Shown here in pieces: positions 40,044-50,938 of a stretch of DNA of 64,000 nt. Each line of letters begins with the position of its first letter. Within the stretch, counting starts at the first letter, position 1. Location: the NCBI GenBank assembly GCA_026417895.1, contig JAOACJ010000009.1, forward strand, positions 2,128 to 66,127, read 5' to 3'. Origin of the DNA: Patescibacteria group bacterium. Its GTDB lineage: Bacteria > Patescibacteriota > Patescibacteriia > UBA2591 > CALHIP01. The notes below the pieces were generated by a model. The model made no database searches. It was not told where the DNA came from and saw only the letters and a list, made by a program, of their open reading frames with translations. A program made the translations under genes and the position numbers.

Positions 40044-40827
40044 CGTTTTTTGATTCTTCTTTATTTTTGAGTTTCTTATTTTTTTTATCTGACACATCCA
40101 CTGACAAAAGAGAAACGGATCCATTTTTGGTAACAGTGTTGATTTCTTTTTGTCCTTCTTGAATTGCCTCAGTAATTAACCTAGTAACAATTTCAATGGA
40201 TTTGATAGCATCATCGTTGCCAGGAATAGGATAGTCAACTAAAGTTGGGTCACAATTGGTATCAACTAAACCAATACTTTTAATTTTGGCTTTTTTCGCT
40301 TCTCGAACGGCTGTCTTTTCATACCGAAGATCAATAATATAAATTGCTTCAGGAATTTTCTCTAAATTTCTTAAACCACCAACAAAATTATTTAATCGGT
40401 TGAGCTCTTTTTCTAACTTCATTCTTTCTTTTTTTGGATATTTATCCCATTCACCTGATTCTTTTTCTTCTTCCATTTTTTTTAATTTTTGAATTAACTG
40501 AGAAACCACAGAAAAATTTGTCAACAGACCAGCCAACCAACGCTCAACGATGTAGGGCATCTTGACTTCTTCAGCATATTTTTTGACAATGACTTGAGCG
40601 GCTGGTTTAGTGCCAACAAATAAAATCTGGCCATTTTGCTCAACAACCCTTTTAACAAAATCTAACACTTTAACTAGAGCTTGACGTGTTTTCTCTAAAT
40701 CGATTAAATGAACATTATTTTTTATCGTGTATAAATATGGCGCCATTTTGGGATGGCACTTCCTTGCTTGATGACCAAAATGAACCATCGCCTCAAACAA
40801 TTCTTCTTCGGTAGGAATATTAACCAT
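40027..40827 (-). CDS. rpsB: 30S ribosomal protein S2
   Basis: VHFGH, ILFVGTK, RWLAGLLTNF, VDTNCDP..YPIPGNDDAIKS. Confidence 0.97.
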   Translation of the reverse strand: MVNIPTEEELFEAMVHFGHQARKCHPKMAPYLYTIKNNVHLIDLEKTRQALVKVLDFVKRVVEQNGQILFVGTKPAAQVIVKKYAEEVKMPYIVERWLAGLLTNFSVVSQLIQKLKKMEEEKESGEWDKYPKKERMKLEKELNRLNNFVGGLRNLEKIPEAIYIIDLRYEKTAVREAKKAKIKSIGLVDTNCDPTLVDYPIPGNDDAIKSIEIVTRLITEAIQEGQKEINTVTKNGSVSLLSVDVSDKKNKKLKNKEESKNDATKN

Positions 40828-40865
40828 AAATTTTAAGAAAAAGTTATTTTAATTTTAAGAAAAAA

Positions 40866-40914
40866 AGTATAACATATTATCATTGTTTGTCAAAATGAAA
40901 AAATTGTGTATAAT
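40866..40914. promoter_or_regulatory. Overlapping divergent sigma70 promoters for rpsB and rpmE
   Basis: Plus: TTGTCA(40887)-16-TATAAT(40909). Minus: TTGACA(40893)-16-TATACT(40871). The two -35 boxes overlap. Confidence 0.7.
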
Positions 40915-41046
40915 TAGTTTATCAAAATAATATAATTTTCTTGTTTTCTGATACCAATATGAACGACTTTCTGTCACAAAGATTGACCCAGAGATCTAAC
41001 AATTTCAACGTTCTCATAACAAAACAAGGCTTCTTTATATAAAATT

Positions 41047-41289
41047 ATGGCAAAAAAAGAAAAAAATCAATACTATCCCTATCCAGAAGCAAAAATCATT
41101 TGTAGTTGCGGCAATGTCATGAAGGTCGGTTCAACAGTCAAAGAAATGCATGTCGAAATTTGTTCGCAATGTCATCCTTTTTATACGGGGAAACAAAAAT
41201 TTATTGACACGGCTGGTCAATTAGAAAAGTTTCAGAAACGATTAGCAAAGAAAAAATTGCTGGAGAAAAAAGAAGGAAAGAAAAAATGA
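41047..41289 (+). CDS. rpmE: 50S ribosomal protein L31 (Zn-binding type)
   Basis: [27 protein letters not shown]. Confidence 0.96.
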   Translation: MAKKEKNQYYPYPEAKIICSCGNVMKVGSTVKEMHVEICSQCHPFYTGKQKFIDTAGQLEKFQKRLAKKKLLEKKEGKKK

Positions 41290-42302
41290 CAATTGAAGAA
41301 CTAAAAAATAAAATAAAAAAAATGGAACAGGATTTTAATGATCCCCAAGTTTTTAATTGTCCTGAAAAATTAGCTGTCCTTCAAAAAGAATATCAAAAAA
41401 TAAAAAAGACATTAGTTGTTTTAGAAAAGATTGAAAAAATTAAAAAAGAAATTAATGAGACAGAAAAAATTTTAAACGAAGACCGTGATGAAGAATTACT
41501 AGTCTTAGCCGAAAAAGAGTTGGAAAGGTTAAAAAAAGAAAAAGAAAAGCTAGAAAAAGAACTTGCCGGAGAAGAAAAATTAGAAAACAAAAGTGTGATA
41601 GTGGAAATCCGAGCCGGTACTGGCGGCGAAGAAGCGGCTCTTTTCGCCGCTGATTTATTCCGAATGTATTCAAAATTTGCCGAAAAGCAAGGTTGGACAA
41701 CAGAATTATTTTCTACCAATCGTACCGGCATCGGTGGTTTTAAAGAAGTCATTTTTAGAGTTTCTGGCCAAAATGTCTGGCTAAACTTAAAAAATGAAGC
41801 CGGCGTTCATCGTGTCCAAAGAATTCCAGTGACCGAAAAATCAGGACGAATTCACACTTCGACTGCTTCGGTGGCCATTTTACCAGAAGCAAATGAAAGT
41901 GAAATATCTATTAGACCAGAAGATTTAAAAATTGAAACCTTTCGTGCCTCCGCCAAAGGTGGTCAAAATGTCCAGAAGGTAGAAAGTGCAGTGCGGATCA
42001 CTCATTTACCAACTGGCCTGACTGTCTCCTGTCAAGAAGAAAGATCGCAGGCAAGAAATAAAGAAAAGGCTTTAAAAATTTTACGCACCAGGCTGTTAGC
42101 TCAAGAACAAGAAAAAAAAGAAAAAGAAATCAGTCAAACTAGAAAAGAGCAAATCAAAAAGGCTGAACGGGCAGATAAAATCCGTACTTATAATTTTCCC
42201 CAAAATCGTGTCACTGACCATCGACTGAATAAATCTTGGTATAATTTAGCTGAAATTATGGACGGAAATTTAGAGGAAATTGTGGAGGAATTTAAAAAAT
42301 AA
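41286..42302 (+). CDS. prfA: Peptide chain release factor 1
   Basis: [24 protein letters not shown] (PxT), [17 protein letters not shown]. Confidence 0.96.
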   Translation: MTIEELKNKIKKMEQDFNDPQVFNCPEKLAVLQKEYQKIKKTLVVLEKIEKIKKEINETEKILNEDRDEELLVLAEKELERLKKEKEKLEKELAGEEKLENKSVIVEIRAGTGGEEAALFAADLFRMYSKFAEKQGWTTELFSTNRTGIGGFKEVIFRVSGQNVWLNLKNEAGVHRVQRIPVTEKSGRIHTSTASVAILPEANESEISIRPEDLKIETFRASAKGGQNVQKVESAVRITHLPTGLTVSCQEERSQARNKEKALKILRTRLLAQEQEKKEKEISQTRKEQIKKAERADKIRTYNFPQNRVTDHRLNKSWYNLAEIMDGNLEEIVEEFKK

Positions 42303-42324
42303 TTATTGGTTTATCGTCTAAAAC

Positions 42325-42342
42325 TAATGTGTTAACACGTTA
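42325..42342. promoter_or_regulatory. 18-bp near-perfect palindrome, copy 1
   Basis: TAATGTGTTAACACGTTA, identical to 53223-53240. Confidence 0.6.
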
Positions 42343-42397
42343 ATTATTGATTAAAAAATGTTTTAATAAATTTTTTGATTTTAATTGTGACGATGGT

Positions 42398-43435
42398 TTA
42401 ATAATTAACTCTGTTGTTTTTTGAAATAATACCTAGCCAACTTTTCCCTGGTAAAAATTTTATTTCTTTGCCATTCTCATCATAAAAGCGCGTCCGACCT
42501 GCTTCTTTGAGCCACCGACTATTGATAACGTGGCCGTTTTGAAAAACCCTCGCCTCACCTTGGCCGGTCAGTTTAATTTTGCGTCGCCCTTCAGCATCAA
42601 TGATCGTCATCTCTATGTATTGAAGAATTAAATTTTTAACTCTTAATTCTTGACCATCTTTATCTAAATAAATTTTTCCGTTTTGCCAATATTGATATTC
42701 ATTATTTTTTGAATCGTACTGCCATTTGACTTGATAAATCGGAGAAAAGGCAAGGTTGATTTTTTCTATTTTTCCCTTTGCCAATTCTTTTTCCTCAAAT
42801 AACCAGGGCGCAAATTTCGCTTCTGGATTAATTTTTTGCTCGGTTAAAAATTTTTCTATTGACTCTTTTTTTATATAAAGATTGTGCGGGGCAGGTTCAC
42901 TACTTCGATAAAAATATTTTCCCTGCCAACTAATTTCATTAAGGTCGAAGAGTTTATAAAAGCCCTGTTTTAATTTAAAAAGAACATCTGCCGAACCACC
43001 GGCATGAATAAATAATGCTTTGTACTCCTCGGCAATTTCGGCAAAATAAGACCGAGCTGATCGGATTGGTCCTAAATTTTCCGGTAAATTATCTAAATCA
43101 AAAATGGCTAAAAAACGAGTCACACCTCCTTCAACTGGTACTTCATAGATTATTGAGGCTAAAGAAAGATTTGGTTTTGGAGCACCTGATAAATTTTCCA
43201 AAATCACTGTCACGGGTAACAGACTCTCTTTATTTCGTTCAACAGTCGAACCATCGAGAAGACGGTTATTTTTTCCTTCTCCCTGCTTATCTCCCTGCTC
43301 GTTACTTAAGACTGGAGACTGATTCTCAATTTGATTAAAATAAATTTTTGGTTGATGGAAAAGATAACTATTCAACCATAAGAAAAGAATTAGGGAAAAA
43401 ACAATAATTAATAAAAAGAGGGAAATTTTCGTCAT
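42398..43435 (-). CDS. DUF3048 family protein
   Basis: IIYEVPVEGGVTRFLAIF, GPIRSARSYF, HAGGS, APHNLY, FLPGKSW. Confidence 0.85.
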   Translation of the reverse strand: MTKISLFLLIIVFSLILFLWLNSYLFHQPKIYFNQIENQSPVLSNEQGDKQGEGKNNRLLDGSTVERNKESLLPVTVILENLSGAPKPNLSLASIIYEVPVEGGVTRFLAIFDLDNLPENLGPIRSARSYFAEIAEEYKALFIHAGGSADVLFKLKQGFYKLFDLNEISWQGKYFYRSSEPAPHNLYIKKESIEKFLTEQKINPEAKFAPWLFEEKELAKGKIEKINLAFSPIYQVKWQYDSKNNEYQYWQNGKIYLDKDGQELRVKNLILQYIEMTIIDAEGRRKIKLTGQGEARVFQNGHVINSRWLKEAGRTRFYDENGKEIKFLPGKSWLGIISKNNRVNY

Positions 43436-44082
43436 TGACTTTCTTCTTTTTTACTCCCTGGTGTTTGGGGAATTGATGTCTCCTCTTTTCCTTCACTAAC
43501 TACCTCTTCTCCTTTGATTTCTTCTTTTTCGACTTTTGGCGCAGAAACGCTAACAACCACGTCTTCTAAATTATGAAGAACCCGAATAGTGGTTGGAGTT
43601 TTTAGGTCTTTAATTCTAATCAAATCATTTAATTCACGCAATAAGGAAAGATCAACTTCTATTTCATGAATCAAGTCTTTTGGTAAACATTCTATTTTAA
43701 TTTTCGTCAATTGATGAACAAGAATACCTCCCTTTTCTTTAACGGCTGGGGCCTCACCAAGAAATTTCAAATCAACTTCAACAGTTACTTTTTCTTTTTC
43801 TTTCACTTGATAAAAATCAATATGAGAAATTTTTTCTGTTAAAGGATCGTATTGAATGTCATGAATTAAGGCTTTAACTGGCAATTGATCGTCAATTATT
43901 AAGTCAATTAAAGTGCTCTCACCGGTCTGTTTAAAAATCTTTTCAAATGGTATCTTTTCAACTTCGATCGCTTGAGGCGTCTTCCCGTGACCATAAAGAA
44001 TGGCTGGAATCAAACCGGCTTTGCGCAATTTTTTGACTTTTTTGCCAAAAATTTTTCTTGATTTTACTTTAAGAGTTGGCAT
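43432..44082 (-). CDS. rplY: 50S ribosomal protein L25/Ctc
   Basis: LRKAGLIPAILYG, IQYDPL...HIDFYQV, GEAPAVKEKGG, ECLPKDL. Confidence 0.94.
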   Translation of the reverse strand: MPTLKVKSRKIFGKKVKKLRKAGLIPAILYGHGKTPQAIEVEKIPFEKIFKQTGESTLIDLIIDDQLPVKALIHDIQYDPLTEKISHIDFYQVKEKEKVTVEVDLKFLGEAPAVKEKGGILVHQLTKIKIECLPKDLIHEIEVDLSLLRELNDLIRIKDLKTPTTIRVLHNLEDVVVSVSAPKVEKEEIKGEEVVSEGKEETSIPQTPGSKKEESQ

Positions 44083-44103
44083 AAAATTAAAAATTATTTT
44101 TTA

Positions 44104-45231
44104 TTATACCCTGCCTTCTTTTTTTGTCAATGTTTGATGAATAATTGCACTCTGAACAAGACCAAGGGAAAGACAATTCATTATTAAAGCACTCCCCCCA
44201 TAACTAATAAAGGGCAAGGGAATACCAATAATTGGTAAAAGACCCAAGTTCATGCTGACATTAATGATAGCCTGAATCAAAATATTAAACGCTAAACCAA
44301 GAATAAGAAAAAAACTAAAATCATCATAAATATTTCTTGCCACCTTAATCATTTTTAAAAAAAACGTTAAAAATAAAACAAGGAGGGAGCCTGCCCCCAA
44401 AAAACCAAACTCTTCAGCCAAGGCGGCAAAAATAAAATCTGTCTGACTGGCTGGTAAAAATCTTAATTGGGCCTGAGAACCAGCACCAATCCCTCGACCA
44501 AAAAGACCGCCAGCACCAATGGCAATTTTGGCTTGAGCAATTTGGTAGCCCCGACCTAACGGATCTGAGGTTGGAGAAAGAAAAGTTATAATTCTTGCTT
44601 TCTGATAATCTTTAAAAAGAAAATGCCAGAAAAAAAGGAAAATTAAAAAGAGAATCAGAAAAATATAGCCTAGATATTTAATTTTCTTAAGGTTCAAAAT
44701 CATCATTAATAACCAAACGGCACAGATGACCAAGGCTGAACCAAAGTCTGGTTGAAGTAAAATAGGAAAAACAAGAGAGAATAAAATCACAAAACTGAAG
44801 AATAAGTCTTTCAACCTCAGTCCTTTTTTTAATTTTTCAGATAAAATTTTCGCTAAAACAATAATTAAGACAATTTTTGCCAATTCCACTGGTTGAAAAT
44901 AAACCGGACCGAAAAAAAACCAACCCTTAACGCCGTGAAAACTTTTTCCGAAAATTAAAACTAAAATCAAGAGAAGAAGTGTTAAAAAATAAAGTAAATA
45001 GGCAGAAAAGTTGAGAAGTCGGAAATCAATCAAACTAAAAAGAAAAAAAAGAAAGAGACCGAAAAGAATAAAAATCAGATGTCTAATAAAAATACTGGCG
45101 GCGTTTTTTTCTAAACCTAAAGAAAGGCTATAATGAATAACCAAGCTGAAAATTAAAATCAGAACAAATAAAAAAAATATTGTCCAGTCAAATGATTTAA
45201 ACTTTCTGATTAGGGCGGTGAAAATTGACAT
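44104..45231 (-). CDS. rodA: SEDS rod-shape protein RodA
   Basis: FQPVELAK, QPDFGSA, YQKARI.TFL.P..DPLG.GYQ..QAKIAIG, FLPASQTDFIF. Confidence 0.88.
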   Translation of the reverse strand: MSIFTALIRKFKSFDWTIFFLFVLILIFSLVIHYSLSLGLEKNAASIFIRHLIFILFGLFLFFLFSLIDFRLLNFSAYLLYFLTLLLLILVLIFGKSFHGVKGWFFFGPVYFQPVELAKIVLIIVLAKILSEKLKKGLRLKDLFFSFVILFSLVFPILLQPDFGSALVICAVWLLMMILNLKKIKYLGYIFLILFLIFLFFWHFLFKDYQKARIITFLSPTSDPLGRGYQIAQAKIAIGAGGLFGRGIGAGSQAQLRFLPASQTDFIFAALAEEFGFLGAGSLLVLFLTFFLKMIKVARNIYDDFSFFLILGLAFNILIQAIINVSMNLGLLPIIGIPLPFISYGGSALIMNCLSLGLVQSAIIHQTLTKKEGRV

Positions 45232-45234
45232 ATT

Positions 45235-46092
45235 TTAATCTTTTTTTTGTTGAAAGATCGAACTCATAAAAGAGAGAGGATCGAAAACGTTAATTTCAGG
45301 TAAAACTTTTATCTCTGAAACAAAGGAAAAGGACGATGGCCAAATAATTTTTACTTCTCTTTCTTCTTGGCTAAAAATTTCTTTAAGATTTGTTCGTTCG
45401 ATAGCCACAATTTCTTGTCCTTGATAAAGTAAGACAATTAAATTAATTTGCCAAAAATTATAAATGGTCGAATTAATAAACTGAAAAGTAGTAACATCTC
45501 TTTCTTCTTCTCCTTGGGCGGGTAGATATTTAAGATTTTTAATCAAAAATTGTTTTGGAACTTCTAAAAGATATTTTTTTTCTTGACGAAGACGTTGCCA
45601 CTCAATTTCTTCAATTTGACAAGTCAAATTAAGTGGCGGTTCGTTAATTTGATGATTAAAAATGATTAAAAATTTTTCTTCGTTTGGTAAAAGAAACTTT
45701 GTCATTGAAGGTGACTCGCCCTTGGACCAAATAAAATGATATTTCAACGAACGAGCATACCAATTTTGATTGGGATTTTTAACTAAACAAATCAAATGAT
45801 ATCTACCACGACCAAGAGGAATGGCTTTACTATAAATAATTTCTGGCATTAAAGGGGTAATACTTTTATGAAGTTTTTCATAGTTGATGTTGACTAACCG
45901 CCCTAATTCTTTTTCCATTTCTTGATACTCTTTACTTTGAATAAGATAAAGAGTAAAATGATAGAAAAAATAGAACCAAATGAGAAGATCAATGATTATG
46001 AAGGTGGCAAAAAATATCTTTTTCAGCAATCTCTTTTTGGTGATTAAAAAATGAGCAATTCTCAATTTTTTAAGAGTTATCTCTTCGTCCAT
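45235..46092 (-). CDS. Hypothetical membrane-anchored protein
   Basis: 285-aa ORF with one N-terminal TM and a VKNPN..W..L.Y.F pattern; co-directional with rodA. Confidence 0.6.
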   Translation of the reverse strand: MDEEITLKKLRIAHFLITKKRLLKKIFFATFIIIDLLIWFYFFYHFTLYLIQSKEYQEMEKELGRLVNINYEKLHKSITPLMPEIIYSKAIPLGRGRYHLICLVKNPNQNWYARSLKYHFIWSKGESPSMTKFLLPNEEKFLIIFNHQINEPPLNLTCQIEEIEWQRLRQEKKYLLEVPKQFLIKNLKYLPAQGEEERDVTTFQFINSTIYNFWQINLIVLLYQGQEIVAIERTNLKEIFSQEEREVKIIWPSSFSFVSEIKVLPEINVFDPLSFMSSIFQQKKD

Positions 46093-46170
46093 AGGAAGAT
46101 TTGATAGCTTTTAATAAAATAGTTATAATATTATAACAATTATATCTTATTAATAAAATTTGTAAAACTT

Positions 46171-46482
46171 ATGATTCAAACAAGCAAAGATGTTTTATTT
46201 CTTGTTTTAGGCATTTCGATTTTAGTTGTTTCTTTTTTCCTTATCTTGTTATTGTATTATCTGATGAAATTTTTCCGAGAATGTTATAAAGTAAGTAAGT
46301 CTTTCTCAAAAATTACTGATCGAATTAATGAAACAACAAAAATAGTCAAAGAAAAGGGGCGACAATTTACTTTACTCCCTCTTTTAAGTGAAGCGATACG
46401 AACGATCATTGAATTTTTAAAAGAAATGAAAAGAAAAAAGGAAGAAAAAAGAGAAGAGGTAGAGCAAGAAAGTAAAAAATAA
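46171..46482 (+). CDS. Small membrane protein with coiled coil
   Basis: TSKDVLFLVLGISIL..LLYY TM followed by a charged tail. Confidence 0.6.
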   Translation: MIQTSKDVLFLVLGISILVVSFFLILLLYYLMKFFRECYKVSKSFSKITDRINETTKIVKEKGRQFTLLPLLSEAIRTIIEFLKEMKRKKEEKREEVEQESKK

Positions 46483-46591
46483 GACGAGGTAATCAATTTC
46501 TATATATAAAATGAGTTAGAAACTAATTAATTATCAATCTTTCTTTGCTTTATTGGAAGAAAAGAAATATTTTTCGTTTTAAATTTTTCCT

Positions 46592-49500
46592 ATGGCTTTT
46601 ACCCATCTCCATCTTCATTCACATTATAGTTTACTCGACGGATTAATAAAAATAGATCAGCTGATTGAAAGAGTAAAAAAAGAAAAGATGAAAGCGGTAG
46701 CCTTGACCGACCATGGTGTAATGTATGGAGCGATTGAATTTTATAAAAAAGCAAAAGAGGCTGAGGTTAAACCAATCATTGGTGTAGAGGCTTACCTAGC
46801 GCCAAACGGTCGATTCTCTAAAAGGGCCAAAATTGATGACAAGCCTTTTCATCTAACTCTACTAGCAAAAAATGAAGAGGGTTATAAGAACCTAATCAAA
46901 TTAACTAGCCTTGGCCATCTTGAGGGATTTTATTATAAACCGAGAATCGATTTTGAACTTTTAAGACTGTATTCAAAGGGGTTAATTGCTCTTTCTGGTT
47001 GCCTTCAGGGAGAAATTCCACAAATGATTTTAATGAAAAAAAGGCAAGAAATTAATTATTCGCTTTCTCGTTATAAAGAAATTTTTGGTGAAGATTTTTA
47101 CTTAGAAGTTCAGGCTCATAATTTTCCCGAACAAATCGAGGTTAATAAAGAATTATTTGCTTTAGCCAAAAAATTTAATTTAAAGGTGGTGGCCACCAAT
47201 GATACTCATTATTTAGATAAAGAAGACGCTGAAATTCAAGACATTCTTCTCTGTTTACAGACGAAAAAAAAGTTAAACGATAAAGAGAGGTTAAAAATGT
47301 CAAGTAATGATTTTTATTTCCGATCCGAAGAGGAAATGATAGATTTTTTCAAAGAAAATCCAGAGGCAATCATTCATACCCAGGAGATTGTAGAGAAATG
47401 TAATTTAGAGATTGAACTTGGCAAAATTAAGTTTCCTAAATTTCCTTTAAAAAATAACGAGTCAGCCGATGAATATTTAAAAAAATTATGTTATGAAAAA
47501 TTAAAAATAAAATACCCTAAAGGTGAAAAAGAAGTTATTCAAAGATTAGAATATGAATTAGAAATTATTAAAAAAACTGGTTTTGCTACTTATTTTTTAA
47601 TTGTCCATGACTTTGTCAGTTGGGCGAAGAAAAATAAAATTATGGTTGGTCCAGGCCGTGGCAGTGCCGCTAGTTCAATTGTTTCTTATATTCTAGATAT
47701 CACTTCAGTCGATCCTTTAAAATATGATTTAATTTTTGAAAGATTTTTAAATCCAGAAAGAATCTCGGCGCCAGATATTGATTTAGATTTTGCTGATACG
47801 AGAAGAGATGAAGTTATTCATTATATAGAAAATAAATACGGTAAAGACAATGTCGCTCAAATTATTACTTTTGGTACGATGGCTGCTCGAGTCGCTATTC
47901 GCGATGTTGGTCGGGTTCTTGGCCTGCCTTATAATTTTTGTGACCGATTGGCAAAGACGGTTCCGCCATTTTTTTCTTTAGATGAAGCTTTAAAAAAAGT
48001 AAAAGATTTAAGAGATACTTATCTAGAAAATCCTGAAGCGCGGAAGATTATTGATATAGCCAAAAAATTAGAAGGAGTTGCCAGACATGCTTCGACACAT
48101 GCCTGTGGTGTTGTTATCACTCCCGAACCATTAAATAATTTTTTACCTACTCAATACGATGTCTCTCAAGAAAAAAAAGTTCTTATTTCTCAGTATTCAA
48201 TGCATTCAATCGAAGATTTGGGTCTTTTGAAAATCGATCTTCTTGGTCTAAAAAATCTGACTATTTTAGAGACAACTATTAAATTGATTGAGAGTCGGGG
48301 AGGAAAATTAGAAATAGAAAAAATTTCTTTTAATGATAAAAAAACTTTTGAAATTTTAAAAACTGGGGCAACGGTTGGCATTTTTCAATTAGAAAGCGAG
48401 GGAATGAGAAAATATTTAGTCGAACTTCAACCCACAACTTTTGAAGATATTGTCGCTATGATTGCTCTTTATCGACCTGGGCCAATGGAACTAATTCCAA
48501 AATATATTACTGGCAAACATACAAAAAGAATTACTTATCTCCATCCAAAACTTAAACCAATTTTAGAAAAAACTTATGGCGTGGCTGTTTATCAAGAACA
48601 AATTTTAGAAATTGCCAAAGAGCTGGCTGGTTTTTCGTTAGCTGAAGCTGATATTCTGAGAAAGGCTATTGGCAAGAAAATTCCTGGCCTCCTGAAAGAG
48701 CAACGGAATAAATTTATTGAAGGTTGTCTGGCTAAAAAAATTGATCGAAAAATCGCAGAAGAGATCTTTAACTTTATTGAACCTTTCGCCGGTTATGCTT
48801 TTAATCGAGCCCATGCTGTCTGCTATGCCACCATTGCTTATCAAACTGCCTATCTTAAAGCTAATTGGCCAGTTGAGTTTATAACAGCTTTACTTATTTC
48901 TGATGCCGGTGATTTAGATCGAATGGCTATTGAAATAGAAGAAGCCCGAAGATTAAATATTGAGGTTTTGCCACCCGATATTAATGAGAGTCGAGAAAAT
49001 TTCACAATTGTTGAAAAAGAGGGTAAGAAAGCAATCAGGTTTGGTTTGATGGCTATAAAAAATGTCGGCGAAAACGTGGCAAAAGCCATTATTCAGGAAA
49101 GAGATGAAAATGGTCTTTATCAAAGTTTTACTGATTTTCTTAGTCGTGTACCGTTACAGTATCTTAATAAAAAATCTTTGGAAAGTTTAATCAAGGGTGG
49201 CGCCTTGGATCGATTTGGCCATCGAGGAAATCTTTTAGAAAATTTAAGTGAAGCCTTAGCCTTTGCCAAAAAAAGTCAAAAGGAAAAAAACTCTCCCCAA
49301 AAAACACTCTTTGGTAATTTTAACTCTCATCAATCTTGCCCTTCTTTTCCATTAAAAAATAATAAAAATCTTTCTTTTCAAGAAATACTTTGTTTAGAAA
49401 AAGAATTTTTGGGCCTTTATATTTCTGGACACCCCCTCCAGGATTTTAAAAATTTAGAAAATAAAAAAATTACTCCCTGCGCCAAGCTTAACGAATTAAA

Positions 49501-49762
49501 AGAAAATCAAATCGTCAAAGTAGTCGGCGTCATCACTAAAATTAAAAAAGTCATTGCTCAGTCTCAGGAACCAATGCTTTTTGTGAAAATTGAAGATCTC
49601 TCTGGTAACGTAGAATTATTAGTTTTCCCTGCCGTTTTAAAAGAATCATCACTCCTTTGGCAAGAGAATAAAATTATTCTTGCCGAAGGAAGAATTTCTG
49701 AAAAAGAAGGAGAGCCAAAGGTCATTGTTCAAAAGGCAAAAGAGATAGAGGTCTTGATATAA
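46592..49762 (+). CDS. dnaE: DNA polymerase III alpha subunit
   Basis: HLHLHSHYSLLDG PHP domain, GPGRGS, PDIDLDF, KIDLLGL, YAFNRAHA; no intein. Confidence 0.98.
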   Translation: MAFTHLHLHSHYSLLDGLIKIDQLIERVKKEKMKAVALTDHGVMYGAIEFYKKAKEAEVKPIIGVEAYLAPNGRFSKRAKIDDKPFHLTLLAKNEEGYKNLIKLTSLGHLEGFYYKPRIDFELLRLYSKGLIALSGCLQGEIPQMILMKKRQEINYSLSRYKEIFGEDFYLEVQAHNFPEQIEVNKELFALAKKFNLKVVATNDTHYLDKEDAEIQDILLCLQTKKKLNDKERLKMSSNDFYFRSEEEMIDFFKENPEAIIHTQEIVEKCNLEIELGKIKFPKFPLKNNESADEYLKKLCYEKLKIKYPKGEKEVIQRLEYELEIIKKTGFATYFLIVHDFVSWAKKNKIMVGPGRGSAASSIVSYILDITSVDPLKYDLIFERFLNPERISAPDIDLDFADTRRDEVIHYIENKYGKDNVAQIITFGTMAARVAIRDVGRVLGLPYNFCDRLAKTVPPFFSLDEALKKVKDLRDTYLENPEARKIIDIAKKLEGVARHASTHACGVVITPEPLNNFLPTQYDVSQEKKVLISQYSMHSIEDLGLLKIDLLGLKNLTILETTIKLIESRGGKLEIEKISFNDKKTFEILKTGATVGIFQLESEGMRKYLVELQPTTFEDIVAMIALYRPGPMELIPKYITGKHTKRITYLHPKLKPILEKTYGVAVYQEQILEIAKELAGFSLAEADILRKAIGKKIPGLLKEQRNKFIEGCLAKKIDRKIAEEIFNFIEPFAGYAFNRAHAVCYATIAYQTAYLKANWPVEFITALLISDAGDLDRMAIEIEEARRLNIEVLPPDINESRENFTIVEKEGKKAIRFGLMAIKNVGENVAKAIIQERDENGLYQSFTDFLSRVPLQYLNKKSLESLIKGGALDRFGHRGNLLENLSEALAFAKKSQKEKNSPQKTLFGNFNSHQSCPSFPLKNNKNLSFQEILCLEKEFLGLYISGHPLQDFKNLENKKITPCAKLNELKENQIVKVVGVITKIKKVIAQSQEPMLFVKIEDLSGNVELLVFPAVLKESSLLWQENKIILAEGRISEKEGEPKVIVQKAKEIEVLI

Positions 49763-49792
49763 ATTTTCGAGACAAATTTATAGATTGAAATT

Positions 49793-50914
49793 ATGGCTTT
49801 CTACAATCCTCATAAAAAAATTGCTCTTTTCTTTCTTTTTTCGATGTGCGGTGTTTTGACTTTAACTCTTATTTTTTTCTTCATTCAAGAAGGAAGGGTT
49901 ATAATTAAAATTGTCCCAAGGCCCGAAGAGATATTTTTAGAAAAAACAATCAAAATACCAGACGATTTGCCTGGTGAAGTGTTAGAAATTAATTTAGACA
50001 AAGAAATAACCTCTACCCCAAAAGCTAGTCTGGAGGTTGAATCAATTGCTAGAGGTGAGGTAGAAATTGTTAACAATTCTCGTCAGAATCAAACTTTAGT
50101 TAGGACGACCAGACTTCTTTCGCCGGCCGGTATTCTTTTCCGTTTAGATCAACAGGTTCTTGTGCCAGCCAAAGGAAAAGTTAGAGCTAAAGTTTATGCT
50201 GATCAACCTGGTCGAGCGAGTGAAATCGGTCCAACCAGATTTACTATTCCAGGCCTCTCGCCGGCCTTACAAAAATTAATCTTTGCCGAAAGTTACGAGA
50301 AAATGACCGGTGGAATAAAAAAAATAGGCTTAGTAACGGAAAGGGATATTGAGGAGGCAAAATCGATCCTTGAAGAAAGTCTTAATCAAGAAGCAGAAGA
50401 AAAAATTCAAGAAAAAATTAAAGAAAAATTAGGAGAAATTATTGGCTGGAAAATTATTTTGGGCGATAAAGTTCTCAATGTTACCACCGAAGCAAAACCA
50501 AATCAAGAGGTGAGCGAATTTAAAACCAAAGGAAAAATAAGGGTTGGTTTAGTGGCGATAAGAGAAAAGGACTTATTAAATCTTGCCAAAAATTTTCTAG
50601 AGAAAAGCATTCCTCTTGATAAAAAATTAGAGAGTTTCGACGAGAAAAGTTTAAAATATAATCTAAAAAGTTTTAATCTAAAGGATAAAAGGGCGGAGAT
50701 AGAAATGAAAATTAAGGGCAAAACAATTCTTCAAAAAAATTCGGCTATTTTCGATGTAGAAAAAATTAAAAATTTAGAAAAGAATGCTTTAAAAAATTAT
50801 TTAGAGCAATATAAAGAAATTAATTCGGTAAAAATTTATTTTTCACCTTTTTGGAAAAAGAGAGTACCTAGTAAAAAAGAACTAATTGAAATAAAAATCG
50901 AACAATCTCTTTAA
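49793..50914 (+). CDS. Membrane-anchored protein with baseplate J-like domain
   Basis: TM, then ARGEVEIVNN..QTLVRTTRL..GILFRL..V.ADQPG..IGPTRFTIPGL..MTGG. Confidence 0.55.
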   Translation: MAFYNPHKKIALFFLFSMCGVLTLTLIFFFIQEGRVIIKIVPRPEEIFLEKTIKIPDDLPGEVLEINLDKEITSTPKASLEVESIARGEVEIVNNSRQNQTLVRTTRLLSPAGILFRLDQQVLVPAKGKVRAKVYADQPGRASEIGPTRFTIPGLSPALQKLIFAESYEKMTGGIKKIGLVTERDIEEAKSILEESLNQEAEEKIQEKIKEKLGEIIGWKIILGDKVLNVTTEAKPNQEVSEFKTKGKIRVGLVAIREKDLLNLAKNFLEKSIPLDKKLESFDEKSLKYNLKSFNLKDKRAEIEMKIKGKTILQKNSAIFDVEKIKNLEKNALKNYLEQYKEINSVKIYFSPFWKKRVPSKKELIEIKIEQSL

Positions 50915-50938
50915 TAAATTTATTACTGATAAAATTCT

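Noticed and set aside
46592-49762. Inteins or introns in dnaE, gyrB or ATPase A
   Set aside because: Lengths are normal, conserved motifs are contiguous and no splice-junction motifs were seen
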